DNA of 64,000 nucleotides from an uncultured Methanomassiliicoccales archaeon (lineage in GTDB: Archaea > Thermoplasmatota > Thermoplasmata > Methanomassiliicoccales > CAZOLG01). Below the pieces are notes generated by a model. That model did not search any database and was not told where the DNA came from. It worked only from the letters and a program-made list of their open reading frames with translations. Within the stretch, counting starts at the first letter, position 1. Each line of letters opens with the position of its first letter. The stretch is taken from the NCBI GenBank assembly GCA_964580935.1, contig CAZOLG010000001.1:116982-180981 (forward strand), written 5' to 3'. Below, one piece after another: positions 1 through 10,441 of the stretch. Both the position numbers and the translations under genes were made by a program.

Positions 1-2
1 AG

Positions 3-326
3 AAGGCCAAAGCACGAACGCCAGTGATGAATCCTCTGCTGCTGAACTCCCTCGACCGCGCTATAAATCTAGCTGAGGCGATGGAGGCCCGGGGTTTCGG
101 CTCCGGAGAAAGGAGCAACTATTCACGGACAACGATCGGGGCCAAGGAGAAGTTGATGATAGTCAGCTTCATTGGTGCCACGGTCTTTGGCATAGCAACT
201 TTCATCATGGGCTGGGGTGGAGCCGATTATCTCAGCCACCCATATGTCCATTACGGGGTGTTGGACGCCCTTGTGTTACTGGCTTACGGAGTTCTGCTTA
301 CTCCCATAATGGTAGGTGACTCCTGA
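3..326 (+). CDS. ECF transporter transmembrane T component (CbiQ/EcfT family), 5'-truncated by the window edge
   Basis: LAEAMEARGF motif typical of EcfT; stop overlaps the start of the ECF ATPase. Confidence 0.85.
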   Translation, partial: KAKARTPVMNPLLLNSLDRAINLAEAMEARGFGSGERSNYSRTTIGAKEKLMIVSFIGATVFGIATFIMGWGGADYLSHPYVHYGVLDALVLLAYGVLLTPIMVGDS

Positions 327-1795
327 TGATCAGTATAGAGGATCTCAACTTCACGTATGCTTCTTCCAGTGAACCAGCACTCCACAACGTTTCCCTTGAG
401 ATCGGTGGGGGTGAGTTCATACTCGTCATCGGTAAATCTGGTAGCGGTAAATCCACCCTGTGCAGGGCGATGAACGGTCTGATCCCCCATTTCTACGGAG
501 GAACGATCAGCGGAAGGGTATTCGTTGACGGCCTTGATACAAGGGATAACCCGCCCGCATCTCTGGCCAACAGGGTGGGGATGGTCTTCCAGGACCCGGA
601 GAATCAGCTTGTGATGACCAATGTGGAGAACGAACTCGCTTTTGGTATGGAGAATCTGGCCATGCCCAGGGCGGTGATGGTGGATCGGATCAGCCAGTAT
701 TCCAGCTATTTCGATCTGGACAACTTTCTGGAAAGGTTCATACCTGAATTGTCAGGTGGCGAGAAACAGAAGGTGGCCCTGGCTTCCGTCTTGGCCATGC
801 GGCCAAGGTATCTAATCCTGGACGAGCCGACTTCGCAGCTGGACACAGAGAACACGATTCTCTTCCTTGATTACCTTAAGAGGCTGAACAGTGAATTCGG
901 AGTCTCCATCATACTGGTGGAACATCGATTGGAGAGGTGCTTGAAGTATGCGGATAGGATACTTCACGTTGAGGGGGGAGAGGTGGTCGATGATGTAGGT
1001 GGTGACGATGAGATACAATTCATGCGGGACAGTGGTCTATTCAGATCGCTCAGAACTGCCAATTCCTTCACCAGTCCCAACAGTAATTCCGTGATCAGAG
1101 CAAATTCTGTGAATTTCAGTTATGACAGCACATCTGTTCTCAATGATCTGGACCTGGAGGTAGGCGAAGGGGAAGTGCTGGCCATCACCGGATCCAATGG
1201 GAGCGGGAAGTCCACCCTCCTCAAACTCATTATGGGCCTGCTGAAGCCCGATGGGGGGCAGATTACCGCGCTGGGGAAGGACGTGGCAGAGACCACGCCC
1301 GCTTCTCTGGCCAGAGAAATCGGATACCTGGGTCAGAATCCAAATGATTATCTCTTCGAGGAGAACCTCAGGAAAGAATTACAGTTCACTTTGAAGCATC
1401 TGGGGATCGACAAGGATGAGTGGGAGGAGAGAATTCGATGGGTCCTGGAAGTGGTGGACCTGATGGGTCATGAGGACGACTTCTCTAGAGACTTCAGCTG
1501 TGGGGAGAGGGAACGAGCGGCAATAGCTTCCATTCTGGTGGGAAGACCAGATATACTGATCCTGGATGAACCCACCAGGGGTCTGGACTACTGGAACAAG
1601 GAAAAGCTGGGATCAGTACTCACCTCTTTGAGGGAAAAGGGGATCAGCACCCTTCTAGTTACCCACGATCATAAATTCATTATTAACTTCGCCACCAGGA
1701 TACTGAGATTGAAAGACGGGCAGATCAGGGATGTTTCCATCGATGACTTTCTGGAGGCTTATCACAAGGACCTAGTGATGGAGGAAGGGCGATGA
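326..1795 (+). CDS. ECF transporter ATPase with duplicated ABC domains
   Basis: Two Walker A motifs (GKSGSGKST, GSNGSGKST), FQDPENQL Q-loop, LSGGEKQ signature, two LDEPT motifs. Confidence 0.92.
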   Translation: MISIEDLNFTYASSSEPALHNVSLEIGGGEFILVIGKSGSGKSTLCRAMNGLIPHFYGGTISGRVFVDGLDTRDNPPASLANRVGMVFQDPENQLVMTNVENELAFGMENLAMPRAVMVDRISQYSSYFDLDNFLERFIPELSGGEKQKVALASVLAMRPRYLILDEPTSQLDTENTILFLDYLKRLNSEFGVSIILVEHRLERCLKYADRILHVEGGEVVDDVGGDDEIQFMRDSGLFRSLRTANSFTSPNSNSVIRANSVNFSYDSTSVLNDLDLEVGEGEVLAITGSNGSGKSTLLKLIMGLLKPDGGQITALGKDVAETTPASLAREIGYLGQNPNDYLFEENLRKELQFTLKHLGIDKDEWEERIRWVLEVVDLMGHEDDFSRDFSCGERERAAIASILVGRPDILILDEPTRGLDYWNKEKLGSVLTSLREKGISTLLVTHDHKFIINFATRILRLKDGQIRDVSIDDFLEAYHKDLVMEEGR

Positions 1796-2529
1796 GATGG
1801 ACGGTCAAGAGATCCATTCCTATCGCGGGTATCGTAATCACCATTTTCTTGCTGTTCTATATCGCCATGTATTTGCCCCATCAGGCAATGGTTGACTACG
1901 CACCATTCCTCTCCTTCTTCCTCCTGTTCTTCATAGTCATAACCTTTTTCATGGAATTTGAGAGCGCCAACATCTCTTCCAAAGAGGTGGCTCTGGTGGG
2001 CACAATGGGGGCCATAATTGCTGCCTCCAGGATTCCCTTTGCAGCCGTGCCCAGCATACAGCCCTGTACCTTCCTGATAATCGCGGTTGGCCTGACCTTC
2101 GGTCCGCTATCAGGGGTGATGGTAGGATCTCTCACGCCCGCCGTCTCCAACCTCTTCCTCGGTCAGGGGCCATGGACGGTGTGGCAGATGGTGGGGTGGG
2201 GTATCGTAGGGCTGGCATCGGGTTACATCGGGAGGAAGTGGCCTGACCTGGATGTGCGGTTGATCGCCGCCCTGGCCTTCGTAATGGGGATAATGTTCAG
2301 CCTATTCCAGGACATAGGGAGTTGGGTCTGGCTTTACGGTCTGGATGTGAACAAGTTCCTGGCCGTAATGACCGTCGGACTCCCCTTCACCATCGCTCAT
2401 GCGATCGGTAATGTCTTCTTCGCTCTGATACTCGGCAAACCTGTGATGTTCGCATTCAACCGGTTCCAGAACAAGTTCCACATCTCCTATCGGGAAACTG
2501 AAACTACCAATTATCTGGAATCTTCATAG
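1792..2529 (+). CDS. ECF transporter substrate-specific S component (possibly CbrT-like; substrate unproven)
   Basis: Multi-TM protein with SN-x-FLGQGPWT-x-WQM motif; in an operon with ECF T and A components. Confidence 0.8.
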   Translation: MRWTVKRSIPIAGIVITIFLLFYIAMYLPHQAMVDYAPFLSFFLLFFIVITFFMEFESANISSKEVALVGTMGAIIAASRIPFAAVPSIQPCTFLIIAVGLTFGPLSGVMVGSLTPAVSNLFLGQGPWTVWQMVGWGIVGLASGYIGRKWPDLDVRLIAALAFVMGIMFSLFQDIGSWVWLYGLDVNKFLAVMTVGLPFTIAHAIGNVFFALILGKPVMFAFNRFQNKFHISYRETETTNYLESS

Positions 2530-2654
2530 GGACTTCTCTAAACGTTGAGTAAAGGCGGATTTAACTCCTGTATTGAAATTCTCAAAGATTTCTGGATAAC
2601 CTGTAGCGGTTTTGTGGGCGGTCGTCCTCACTCGTGCTGAGACACGACCCCCGA

Positions 2655-4751
2655 TCAGCTGGATGATGTTTCGTCCAACAACGAAAGAAGCCTGTGAGGT
2701 GAGTCAACAGGCGGATAGCAACGGCCTCCGGTGCAGAGATATGCGGTCGGCTTCCCGTCTACTCGCTGCATCGCTTTGATAAATTCGACCCTGTCAAGAA
2801 GCGGTGAATCGCCTGAGGGTTTGAGGAGTACACTGGTTCGGGGGAGGTACCTTGATCTCAATGCATCAATAAATCCCTGCGTATCGATCTCTGAGACATC
2901 GCCCACGATGACCACTTCCCTGGTCGGTCCTATGGCGAAGTCGAGACCGATTAGAAACTGACAGTACGCCCTGAGCCCTCCTACCATGTTCGAAGAGAAG
3001 AATTTGGACAGTTGAAAGGCGTATTCCTCAAGAGTAGAATCACCGGTCAGCCTTGACAGTCTGGAGAGGACGTACATCGCTACGGAGTTGCCCGAGGGCA
3101 GGGAACCATCGAAGAGGTTCTTCTTCCGCAATAGGACCTCCTCCGCCTCATCTGATGTCATGAAGAACCCAGAATCTTCGTGATCCCAGTACCTGTCGAT
3201 CATCTGATAGCAGAGGTCGATCGCCTTTGTCAACAATTTTTCGTCCAGAGTTGCCTCGTAGAGTTCCAGCAGTCCCCATAGGAGGTATGCGTAGTCGCTC
3301 AAGAACGCATTTTCAGATACCTTCTCCTCCCTGTAACTGTGAAAAAGACGACCGTCTCTCATGTTCGAGAAGATGAACTGTACGGCGTCCTCCGCACTCC
3401 GTATTAGGTCAGGGCGTTCGAAAATCAGACCGCCTTTGGACAGCGCGGCTACCATCAGACCGTTCCAGTCGGTGAGTATCTTATCATCCTTCAGGGGCTT
3501 TGTCCTCTTTTCCCTGGCCTGAAATAGGAGATCCAGACAACCTCTGATATCTGACTTCAGCCTCACCAATTGAGATTCGTTCTGTCGTGGTTCAAAACCT
3601 GGTACATCGTTCAAATATAGGATGTTCTTACCGGTCTTCTCTCTCGAGGCCTCGTCCTTGAAGTTCCCCTGTGGGGATATGTTGTAAGTCTCGATGAAAG
3701 AATCAGTCAATTCATCGGGCAACACCCTCCTTATCTCCTCTTCCTTCCACAGATAGAACGCACCTTCCTCCCCCTCGCTATCTGCATCCTCAGCGGAGAA
3801 GAAGCCACCGTTGGAGGAGGTCATATCGCGGAGCACGTATTCAAAAATCTCTTCCGCAGTATTCCTGAAAAGCGGCCTCTCGGTGATCTGATATGCCTCG
3901 GAATAGGCCATCGCCAGCATCGCCTGATCGTACAGCATCTTCTCGAAATGGGGTACCTTCCACCTTCTATCCGTGGAATACCTGTGGAAACCCTTGCCCG
4001 CATGGTCGTACATTCCTCCCAACCTCATGGAAGTCAGGGTTCTTTCCACCATGTTGAGAGCTTGGACATCACCGTTCCTGTACCAGATCTTCAGCAGTAA
4101 CAGCAACCTGTGCGGGGTGGGAAATTTTGGAGGGGGGCCGAAACCCCCGTATTCGGAATCGAATGCGCCCTTGAGCTCATTGCCCGCTTTGAAGAGCGTC
4201 TCAACATCCAGTCCTTTGCCCGCACCCCCCTTTGCCTGATATTTAACCAGAGCGGATGTGGCCTCCTCTGCCGATCTCACCAATCGGTCACGGTCCTCCT
4301 CCCATAGCCTCCCGACCCTCTCGGTCAGGCTCTTGAGCCCCGTCATACCATACCGACTCTCTTTGGGAATGAATGTGCCCGCGAAGAAAGGCTTTTTCTG
4401 CGGAGTCATCATGATTGTCAGGGGCCATCCCCCCTGACCGGTCATCATCTGACAGATCTCCATGTATATTGAATCGATATCAGGCCTCTCTTCTCTATCC
4501 ACCTTAATGCAGACGAATGTACTGTTCAATAATTCTGCTACCTCGTCGTCCTCAAAAGACTCCCTTTCCATCACGTGACACCAGTGACAGGTTGAGTAGC
4601 CTATCGAGAGAAAGATCGGTTTGTCTTCTTGTTGAGCTATCTCAAAAGCTCTACTGCTCCAGGGGTACCAGTCCACAGGATTGTGCGCATGTTGTAAGAG
4701 ATATGGGCTGGTTTCATCGATCAGATGGTTCGGACCTGATTCAGGACACAT
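2655..4751 (-). CDS. yyaL: Thioredoxin-domain / six-hairpin glycosidase-like protein (YyaL/SPATA20 family)
   Basis: N-terminal [34 protein letters not shown]. Confidence 0.9.
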   Translation of the reverse strand: MCPESGPNHLIDETSPYLLQHAHNPVDWYPWSSRAFEIAQQEDKPIFLSIGYSTCHWCHVMERESFEDDEVAELLNSTFVCIKVDREERPDIDSIYMEICQMMTGQGGWPLTIMMTPQKKPFFAGTFIPKESRYGMTGLKSLTERVGRLWEEDRDRLVRSAEEATSALVKYQAKGGAGKGLDVETLFKAGNELKGAFDSEYGGFGPPPKFPTPHRLLLLLKIWYRNGDVQALNMVERTLTSMRLGGMYDHAGKGFHRYSTDRRWKVPHFEKMLYDQAMLAMAYSEAYQITERPLFRNTAEEIFEYVLRDMTSSNGGFFSAEDADSEGEEGAFYLWKEEEIRRVLPDELTDSFIETYNISPQGNFKDEASREKTGKNILYLNDVPGFEPRQNESQLVRLKSDIRGCLDLLFQAREKRTKPLKDDKILTDWNGLMVAALSKGGLIFERPDLIRSAEDAVQFIFSNMRDGRLFHSYREEKVSENAFLSDYAYLLWGLLELYEATLDEKLLTKAIDLCYQMIDRYWDHEDSGFFMTSDEAEEVLLRKKNLFDGSLPSGNSVAMYVLSRLSRLTGDSTLEEYAFQLSKFFSSNMVGGLRAYCQFLIGLDFAIGPTREVVIVGDVSEIDTQGFIDALRSRYLPRTSVLLKPSGDSPLLDRVEFIKAMQRVDGKPTAYLCTGGRCYPPVDSPHRLLSLLDETSSS

Positions 4752-5079
4752 CTAGGATCACATAGGACCTATGTTCACTACCACATATACACTTTCTTAG
4801 AAAAGAAAAATAATAGGGTTGAAGAGTCTTGAGTACTCAGCGCCAGGGCCGGTGGCTCAAACCCTCCATTTCTTTCCTCCCAAGATCGGTCGTTACGACC
4901 ATCCCTACCGTCGCCCAAGTATCTTACTGGACGACTGGTGGAAAAATGAATTTCATCATAATTAATACTTTGCAGTTGTTACAAAAGTGGAGAAAGGTAT
5001 TCAACCTCCGGTCTATACCAATAAATAGGAATAGGTGCTGGAGAGCACCGTTCAGGTTTATGGCACACCAGCCACTGCG

Positions 5080-5376
5080 CTACTTCGACATGTAGTAGTT
5101 CTCAGTATTCACCGTGGTGATCCTGTACCTGCACCCGATCTCCCTCAGGACTTCGTCTATATTGAAGATCAGGATCCTGATCTGTTTTTCGCTCGGCTCC
5201 TTCCCCCATTCAAACTCAAAGTCGTAGGGGCCGATGACGAAACCGGCACGGGGGATAATCTTGGTGGTCAGTCTGCCATCGGTCAGTTCAGGAAGATCTT
5301 GGGCCAGTTGGGTGAGTCTGTCAAAAGCTTCATCCATGGGAGGACCATACAGCTTCAACAAGCTTTTCCAAACCAT
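5080..5376 (-). CDS. Hypothetical 98-aa protein, probably cotranscribed with the FMN glutamate-synthase-like gene
   Basis: ATG 11 nt after the upstream stop with an AGGAG SD; plausible protein composition. Confidence 0.7.
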   Translation of the reverse strand: MVWKSLLKLYGPPMDEAFDRLTQLAQDLPELTDGRLTTKIIPRAGFVIGPYDFEFEWGKEPSEKQIRILIFNIDEVLREIGCRYRITTVNTENYYMSK

Positions 5377-5387
5377 TCTATCTCCTC

Positions 5388-6998
5388 CTACGCATCCAGT
5401 ATCTGGGACATTACCCTGTCCGACATCTGATCGAAGGTCTCTATTCCAGTGACTTTACTGGCATATTCAGTCAGAGCGGCGATATCATCTCTATGCAGAT
5501 AATCCAGCTTGAACTTCCTCGATCCTGCCATCAACTGTTTGAGCCCTTCTCCTATGCGGTCGATGAAGTAAGTGTAGAGGCCCACCGCACTCCACGGGAT
5601 ATCTTCACCCAGTGTGAGGTCCGGGTACCTGTGTTCCAAGTTTCTGGCCAGCAAGAAGAAGTTCTCCGGGTTGGAGCTGTAGGCATCAGTGAAGGACTTT
5701 GGCAGCTTGTTTTTCTCTGCCAACGAAGCGAAATACTTGGACTTCATGACTGCTAACAGCGGTGCCCTGGCCATAGCTGCTGTCTTGATCACCGGCCCCC
5801 CGTTGATGTTGCTCATAGCAATGGACTTGAAGATCTGGGTTTCGTTTACGAAACCTCCCGCTATTGCCACGTCGGGCACGAACTTACCCTTGTCCTTGAG
5901 CATCTCCGCGCATTCTAGGACTTGAGCCTGAAGGTGGACGGTGGGGGTACTCATCTCATTCATCATTGGCACTGGGCTCATCCCAGTTCCTCCACCTGCA
6001 CCATCAAATGTCAGCAGATCCACTTCAGCTTCTGAAGCCACCTTCATGGTGAAAGCAACCACTTCCGGCCTGTAAGCGCCGGTCTTGAGGAACACGTACT
6101 TGGCCCCCTTATCCCTGAGCGATTCGATGTCCTCCACAAATCCCTTGTGCTCGGGGAACCCTACTCTGCTGTGCCTCTCGAACGATTTAAAAGCTCCCTC
6201 TCTGAAGGCTTCCTGGACCTCCGGGTCCTCTGGATCGGGAACTACTAGATAACCTCTCTTCTTGAGGGTGAGAGCTCTTTCCAGGCTGAACAATCGGACT
6301 TCTCCTCCGATCGCTTTTGCCCCCTGCCCCCATTTCCGCTCAATGATGTCCACTCCGAGTTTGGAGAGCGCATAGTCGTCCACACCACCCCTCTGGTCTT
6401 CCACATTGGTCTGAACGGCGATACCGCCGTACTCTCCATCCCAGAGTTCACGGAATGCCTTGACTCTATATTCCATGTCCGGGCTCTTCTGTATTTTGCC
6501 TTTGGAGTAGATGGAATCGGGATCCATCCCGCATACATTCTCCCCGATTACTTCGACGGTTCCGCTCAACGCGGCCCCCTTGGCAAGGCCGTCCCAGTTC
6601 CTCTTGGCCACCTCTGTAGAGCCTAAACCAGCGATTATCACTGGAATCTTGAGATCGATGGGGTCTCCGGATCTGGTGGCGATCTGGGTAGAGCAGTCAG
6701 CATTTTCGAAGAAAGCGACGTCAGAATCTTCCTCCACACCGTATGCTCCAAGCAGTTCTGCCAGTATTTGGAAATGTGACCAATCCAAATGGAAATCTTT
6801 GTTTGAAGAAGCCGTACTTTCTCCGAAATAGTCTGGATCAGGATATAGTGTCTCTCTACCTCTAAATGCGGATTTTCCCACTTCGCATAGGACTGGGCAT
6901 TCCTCTATGCATAGAGGACACATCCCACTTATCGGATTCACGTCCTTTGATCTGGTTCTAGTGCCGGTCGTTGATCTTGCGTTTTCTATTGATGTCAT
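5388..6998 (-). CDS. FMN-binding glutamate synthase family protein (stand-alone archaeal GltB2-related type)
   Basis: KWGQGAKAIGGE, DGAGGGTGMSP, IAGG; N-terminal CPLCIEECPVLCE Cys cluster. Confidence 0.85.
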   Translation of the reverse strand: MTSIENARSTTGTRTRSKDVNPISGMCPLCIEECPVLCEVGKSAFRGRETLYPDPDYFGESTASSNKDFHLDWSHFQILAELLGAYGVEEDSDVAFFENADCSTQIATRSGDPIDLKIPVIIAGLGSTEVAKRNWDGLAKGAALSGTVEVIGENVCGMDPDSIYSKGKIQKSPDMEYRVKAFRELWDGEYGGIAVQTNVEDQRGGVDDYALSKLGVDIIERKWGQGAKAIGGEVRLFSLERALTLKKRGYLVVPDPEDPEVQEAFREGAFKSFERHSRVGFPEHKGFVEDIESLRDKGAKYVFLKTGAYRPEVVAFTMKVASEAEVDLLTFDGAGGGTGMSPVPMMNEMSTPTVHLQAQVLECAEMLKDKGKFVPDVAIAGGFVNETQIFKSIAMSNINGGPVIKTAAMARAPLLAVMKSKYFASLAEKNKLPKSFTDAYSSNPENFFLLARNLEHRYPDLTLGEDIPWSAVGLYTYFIDRIGEGLKQLMAGSRKFKLDYLHRDDIAALTEYASKVTGIETFDQMSDRVMSQILDA

Positions 6999-7041
6999 TG
7001 ATGTTTCTCTCCTACCGATATTTTCGTTGAATAAAGAAGCA

Positions 7042-7058
7042 CCTATATAACATATAGG
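7042..7058. promoter_or_regulatory. Palindrome overlapping the putative TATA box of the gltB-like gene (candidate operator)
   Basis: CCTATAT-AAC-ATATAGG perfect inverted repeat about 45-60 nt upstream of the ATG; contains TTATATA on the minus strand. Confidence 0.4.
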
Positions 7059-7196
7059 GGGATAGAATACGATATTCTCAGTATTTTTCCGATTTTCATA
7101 AATTTTAATTCGAAAATCTTACTCTGATCTGGGCATTAATAACCGTCCTACGATCTATTTGAAAGGAATGAGGTCGATGTGTTCAGTTAAGCACAT

Positions 7197-9296
7197 TCAT
7201 GAGTTCTCGAGTGAGATGAGAGCGTCAACAGCCCAGCATCCCTGACCCTCCTCGCCAACAATCACCGGATTCGTCTCCATCTCCGCAATCTCGGGGAAAT
7301 CGAGAGATATCTGAGACATTCTGCGTATTGTCTCTTTCAGGGACTCAAGATCGGCGGGCTTACTGCCCCTGGCTCCCGATAGTAATGGGTAGGCCTTGAT
7401 CGAGGAGACCATATCGTCCACGTCTTTCTCATCCAGTGGAGCGATTCTCCTGGAGACGTCCTTCATGACCTCAACAAAGATACCGCCGATGCCGAAGGTC
7501 ATCACCGGCCCGAACTGGGCATTTCTCACCATGCCCACCAGTACTTCTCTCCCCTCCACCTGCTTCTGAATCATCACCCCTTTTATCCTGGCATCGGACA
7601 TCATCGTTCGGGCACGCTGGTTGACCAACTCATACTTGCTTCTCAGTTCTCTTTCAGACTGAATCCCCACTTCTACACCACCGACCTCCGTCTTGTGTAG
7701 GATATCGGGAGAAACGATCTTCATGACCACCGGATATCCGATATTCTCAGCTATACTCACTGCTTCCTGTTCATTGGTAGCCATCCCCCCTTCCGGTACA
7801 GGGATTCCGTACGAGGACAGTACTTCTTTAGATTCAATTTCGGTCAGATCAATTCTGCCTTCAGTCCTCACCTCTTCCAGGATTTCTCGCACCCGCTCTG
7901 AATCGCCCTTGACTTCCACCTCTTCTCTCTCCTGTGGAGAATCTCTTCTTTTCTTGTGTCTAATCAAAGCTGCAACTGCCCTCATCGCGCGGTCTGGAAT
8001 ATCGTAATTGGGTATGCCTAGTCTGTGCAGGGTTTTCACTCCGGACCTGACCTGCTTGCCCCCTATAAACGAGGCCAGGATGGGGACATCAGTGGTCTCT
8101 CTGAATTCCGCGAGCAATTCCGCTATACCTTCTAGATCGATGACGTCATTGGGACCAAAGATGGCTGCGAGACAGTTCACGTTCTTGTCCTGCAGAATAG
8201 TCTCGATGGCAAATCTTACTCTTTCTACATCAGCGTCCCCCACGATATCCACCGGGTTGTAAGGAGTGGCCTCCTCTGGCAGCCCCTCGGCCAGCCTCTC
8301 CACGGTCTCGTTTTCCAACTTGTTCAGAGGGATACCGTTATCGGAGCAGGCATCGGCGGACATCACGCCCAGGCCTCCAGCATTGGTGACCACGGTCACG
8401 CCCTCTCCTTCTGGGAGAGGCAATTTAGAGAAAGCAAGACAGTAGTCGAAGAGTTCGTCCATGTCTTTTGCCCTGATGATCCCCGCCTGTTCCATGGCTG
8501 CCTCCCATACATCATCGCTTCCCGAAAGATTCCCAGTATGGGAAGAGGCTGCCCTGGCCCCTGAAGAAGAGCGCCCTGATTTCATGGTGACAATGGCCTT
8601 ATTCCGGGAGACCTCCGCTGATTTCTCCATGAACTCCTTGCCCTCTCCACCTCCTTCGATGTATAGACCGATCACCCTGGTCTCATCATCCGATCCTATA
8701 TACTCGATCAGGTCCCCCTCATCAATATCTGCCTTGTTGCCCACGCTCACGAACCTGGAAAAACCCACATCGATATCCTGGTTCCAGTCCAGTATTGTAG
8801 TGCATATGGCACCTGACTGGGATATGATAGCTAGGGGTCCCTGTCCAGGGTAATTGGAGGTGAAGGTTGAATTCATGTTGTGGAATGTGTTTATGACTCC
8901 CAGACAGTTGGGCCCCAGGACACGTATCCCGTACCTCTTCGAGACCTCAACTACCTGTCTTTCCAGTTCAGCGCCCTTGCTCCCGATCTCTTTGAAGCCC
9001 GCGGTGATAATGATCGCTGCGTTGACTCCTTTTTCGCCTGCCTCTTCGAGTAGCATGGGGACCAGATTAGCCCTTACCACGAAAATGACGAGATCGACAT
9101 CTCCCTCTATGTCCAGAACGCTTTCGTAGCATCTCAAACCGAGTATTTCATCAGCCTTTGGATTGACGGGATACAACGGGCCCTCGAATCCTGAAGAAAT
9201 CAGGTTCTGAAGAACGATATGCCCTATCTTACCCCTTTCTCGGGCCGCACCGATCACTGCTATGGATTCCGGTTCAAAGATGCTTTCTATGCTCAT
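7197..9296 (-). CDS. acd: Acetate/acyl-CoA ligase (ADP-forming), fused alpha-beta subunits
   Basis: CoA-binding N-terminus, GPNCLG, SQSGA, ASSHTG phospho-His, C-terminal ATP-grasp with HKTEVGGV; ATG at 9296 preferred. Confidence 0.9.
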   Translation of the reverse strand: MSIESIFEPESIAVIGAARERGKIGHIVLQNLISSGFEGPLYPVNPKADEILGLRCYESVLDIEGDVDLVIFVVRANLVPMLLEEAGEKGVNAAIIITAGFKEIGSKGAELERQVVEVSKRYGIRVLGPNCLGVINTFHNMNSTFTSNYPGQGPLAIISQSGAICTTILDWNQDIDVGFSRFVSVGNKADIDEGDLIEYIGSDDETRVIGLYIEGGGEGKEFMEKSAEVSRNKAIVTMKSGRSSSGARAASSHTGNLSGSDDVWEAAMEQAGIIRAKDMDELFDYCLAFSKLPLPEGEGVTVVTNAGGLGVMSADACSDNGIPLNKLENETVERLAEGLPEEATPYNPVDIVGDADVERVRFAIETILQDKNVNCLAAIFGPNDVIDLEGIAELLAEFRETTDVPILASFIGGKQVRSGVKTLHRLGIPNYDIPDRAMRAVAALIRHKKRRDSPQEREEVEVKGDSERVREILEEVRTEGRIDLTEIESKEVLSSYGIPVPEGGMATNEQEAVSIAENIGYPVVMKIVSPDILHKTEVGGVEVGIQSERELRSKYELVNQRARTMMSDARIKGVMIQKQVEGREVLVGMVRNAQFGPVMTFGIGGIFVEVMKDVSRRIAPLDEKDVDDMVSSIKAYPLLSGARGSKPADLESLKETIRRMSQISLDFPEIAEMETNPVIVGEEGQGCWAVDALISLENS

Positions 9297-9527
9297 TGGA
9301 GGTGCGAAATTCGTCAAAATATTTCAATGTTGTCAAATTCGTGTTGAGGGGGACAAGAACAAATATAATCTGGGAACGAAGAGAGAAGTTCGATTACGAT
9401 ATCAGAAGATAGTCAGTAGTACTTCGAGCGTCTCAGCAGTGGGTGAGCTCCAGGCCGCTGAGTACGTCGGTGATAACAGCTTGGGAAGAAAGTATATCAT
9501 CGGTCTCTCATATAGGAGCGATTCGTC

Positions 9528-10343
9528 ATGCCGATAGTCACCGATATGGATTTCAGCTGGTTACCCTCCAACAGGAGCTGCGAATGTCCACATGGCAGGC
9601 TCAACTGCCTTACCAGGGAGGAGACCTACGAACTGGGATCGACTGTTCTCAACGTCAGAGAGAGACAGGTTTGGGAGGATTCTCATCCGGCCAGATTCGT
9701 TCCCCAGCTCCCCGAGAAGTACATCAAGCTGTTCTCGCATCAGGGGGAGACTGTGCTTGACCTGTTTTGTGGCTCGGGAACCACCAATGTCGTGGCAGCG
9801 GAACTGGGACGGAACAGCATGGGGATCGATGTGAACTCCTACTCTACAGGGATGACCGCCGAAAGGCTGAACGATCGTCTCATGGGAGACAATAACACCA
9901 CTCACCAGATCATCACTGGCGATTGCAGGAAGATCCTGCAGGAGGTACCCGACGGTGTGATCGACCTTTTGGTCACGTCCCCTCCCTATTTCAATGTTGT
10001 CGATTACGATCACCATCATGATGACCAGCTGGGGAATATCGATGTGTACGATCACTTCCTCGGTGAGATGAAGGAAGCATTTGAGGTTTCCTATGATGTG
10101 CTAAAGGAGGGGGGCTTCGCGGTGTTCAACACTCAGGACCTGTTCAAGAAGGCGATGAAGTGCCCCATTCACTCCGACTATATTAGAATAGGGAAGCAGG
10201 CGGGCTTTCAGATCTACAATATCAATATATACATACTGAATTACAGTACTGGAGGCCGGTTGGTGTACGGCTATCCCAAGTCCTATTACCCCAAGAACGA
10301 TCACGAATACATACTCATCTTCAGGAAAGCCAGAAGCGGTTAA
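9528..10343 (+). CDS. Orphan SAM-dependent amino-methyltransferase (N4-C/N6-A DNA MTase family), circularly permuted
   Basis: HPARF motif X and LDLFCGSGTT motif I precede TSPPY motif IV; HEYILIFRK at the C-terminus. Confidence 0.85.
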   Translation: MPIVTDMDFSWLPSNRSCECPHGRLNCLTREETYELGSTVLNVRERQVWEDSHPARFVPQLPEKYIKLFSHQGETVLDLFCGSGTTNVVAAELGRNSMGIDVNSYSTGMTAERLNDRLMGDNNTTHQIITGDCRKILQEVPDGVIDLLVTSPPYFNVVDYDHHHDDQLGNIDVYDHFLGEMKEAFEVSYDVLKEGGFAVFNTQDLFKKAMKCPIHSDYIRIGKQAGFQIYNINIYILNYSTGGRLVYGYPKSYYPKNDHEYILIFRKARSG

Positions 10344-10441
10344 TCCCCTTCGTTCGCCCTGCAGCGGCAATTCTTGAGTAATATTCTACTTCAGGACCGA
10401 TATCCAAATCGATAAATACGCCAGGTTCAGTAACTATTCTA

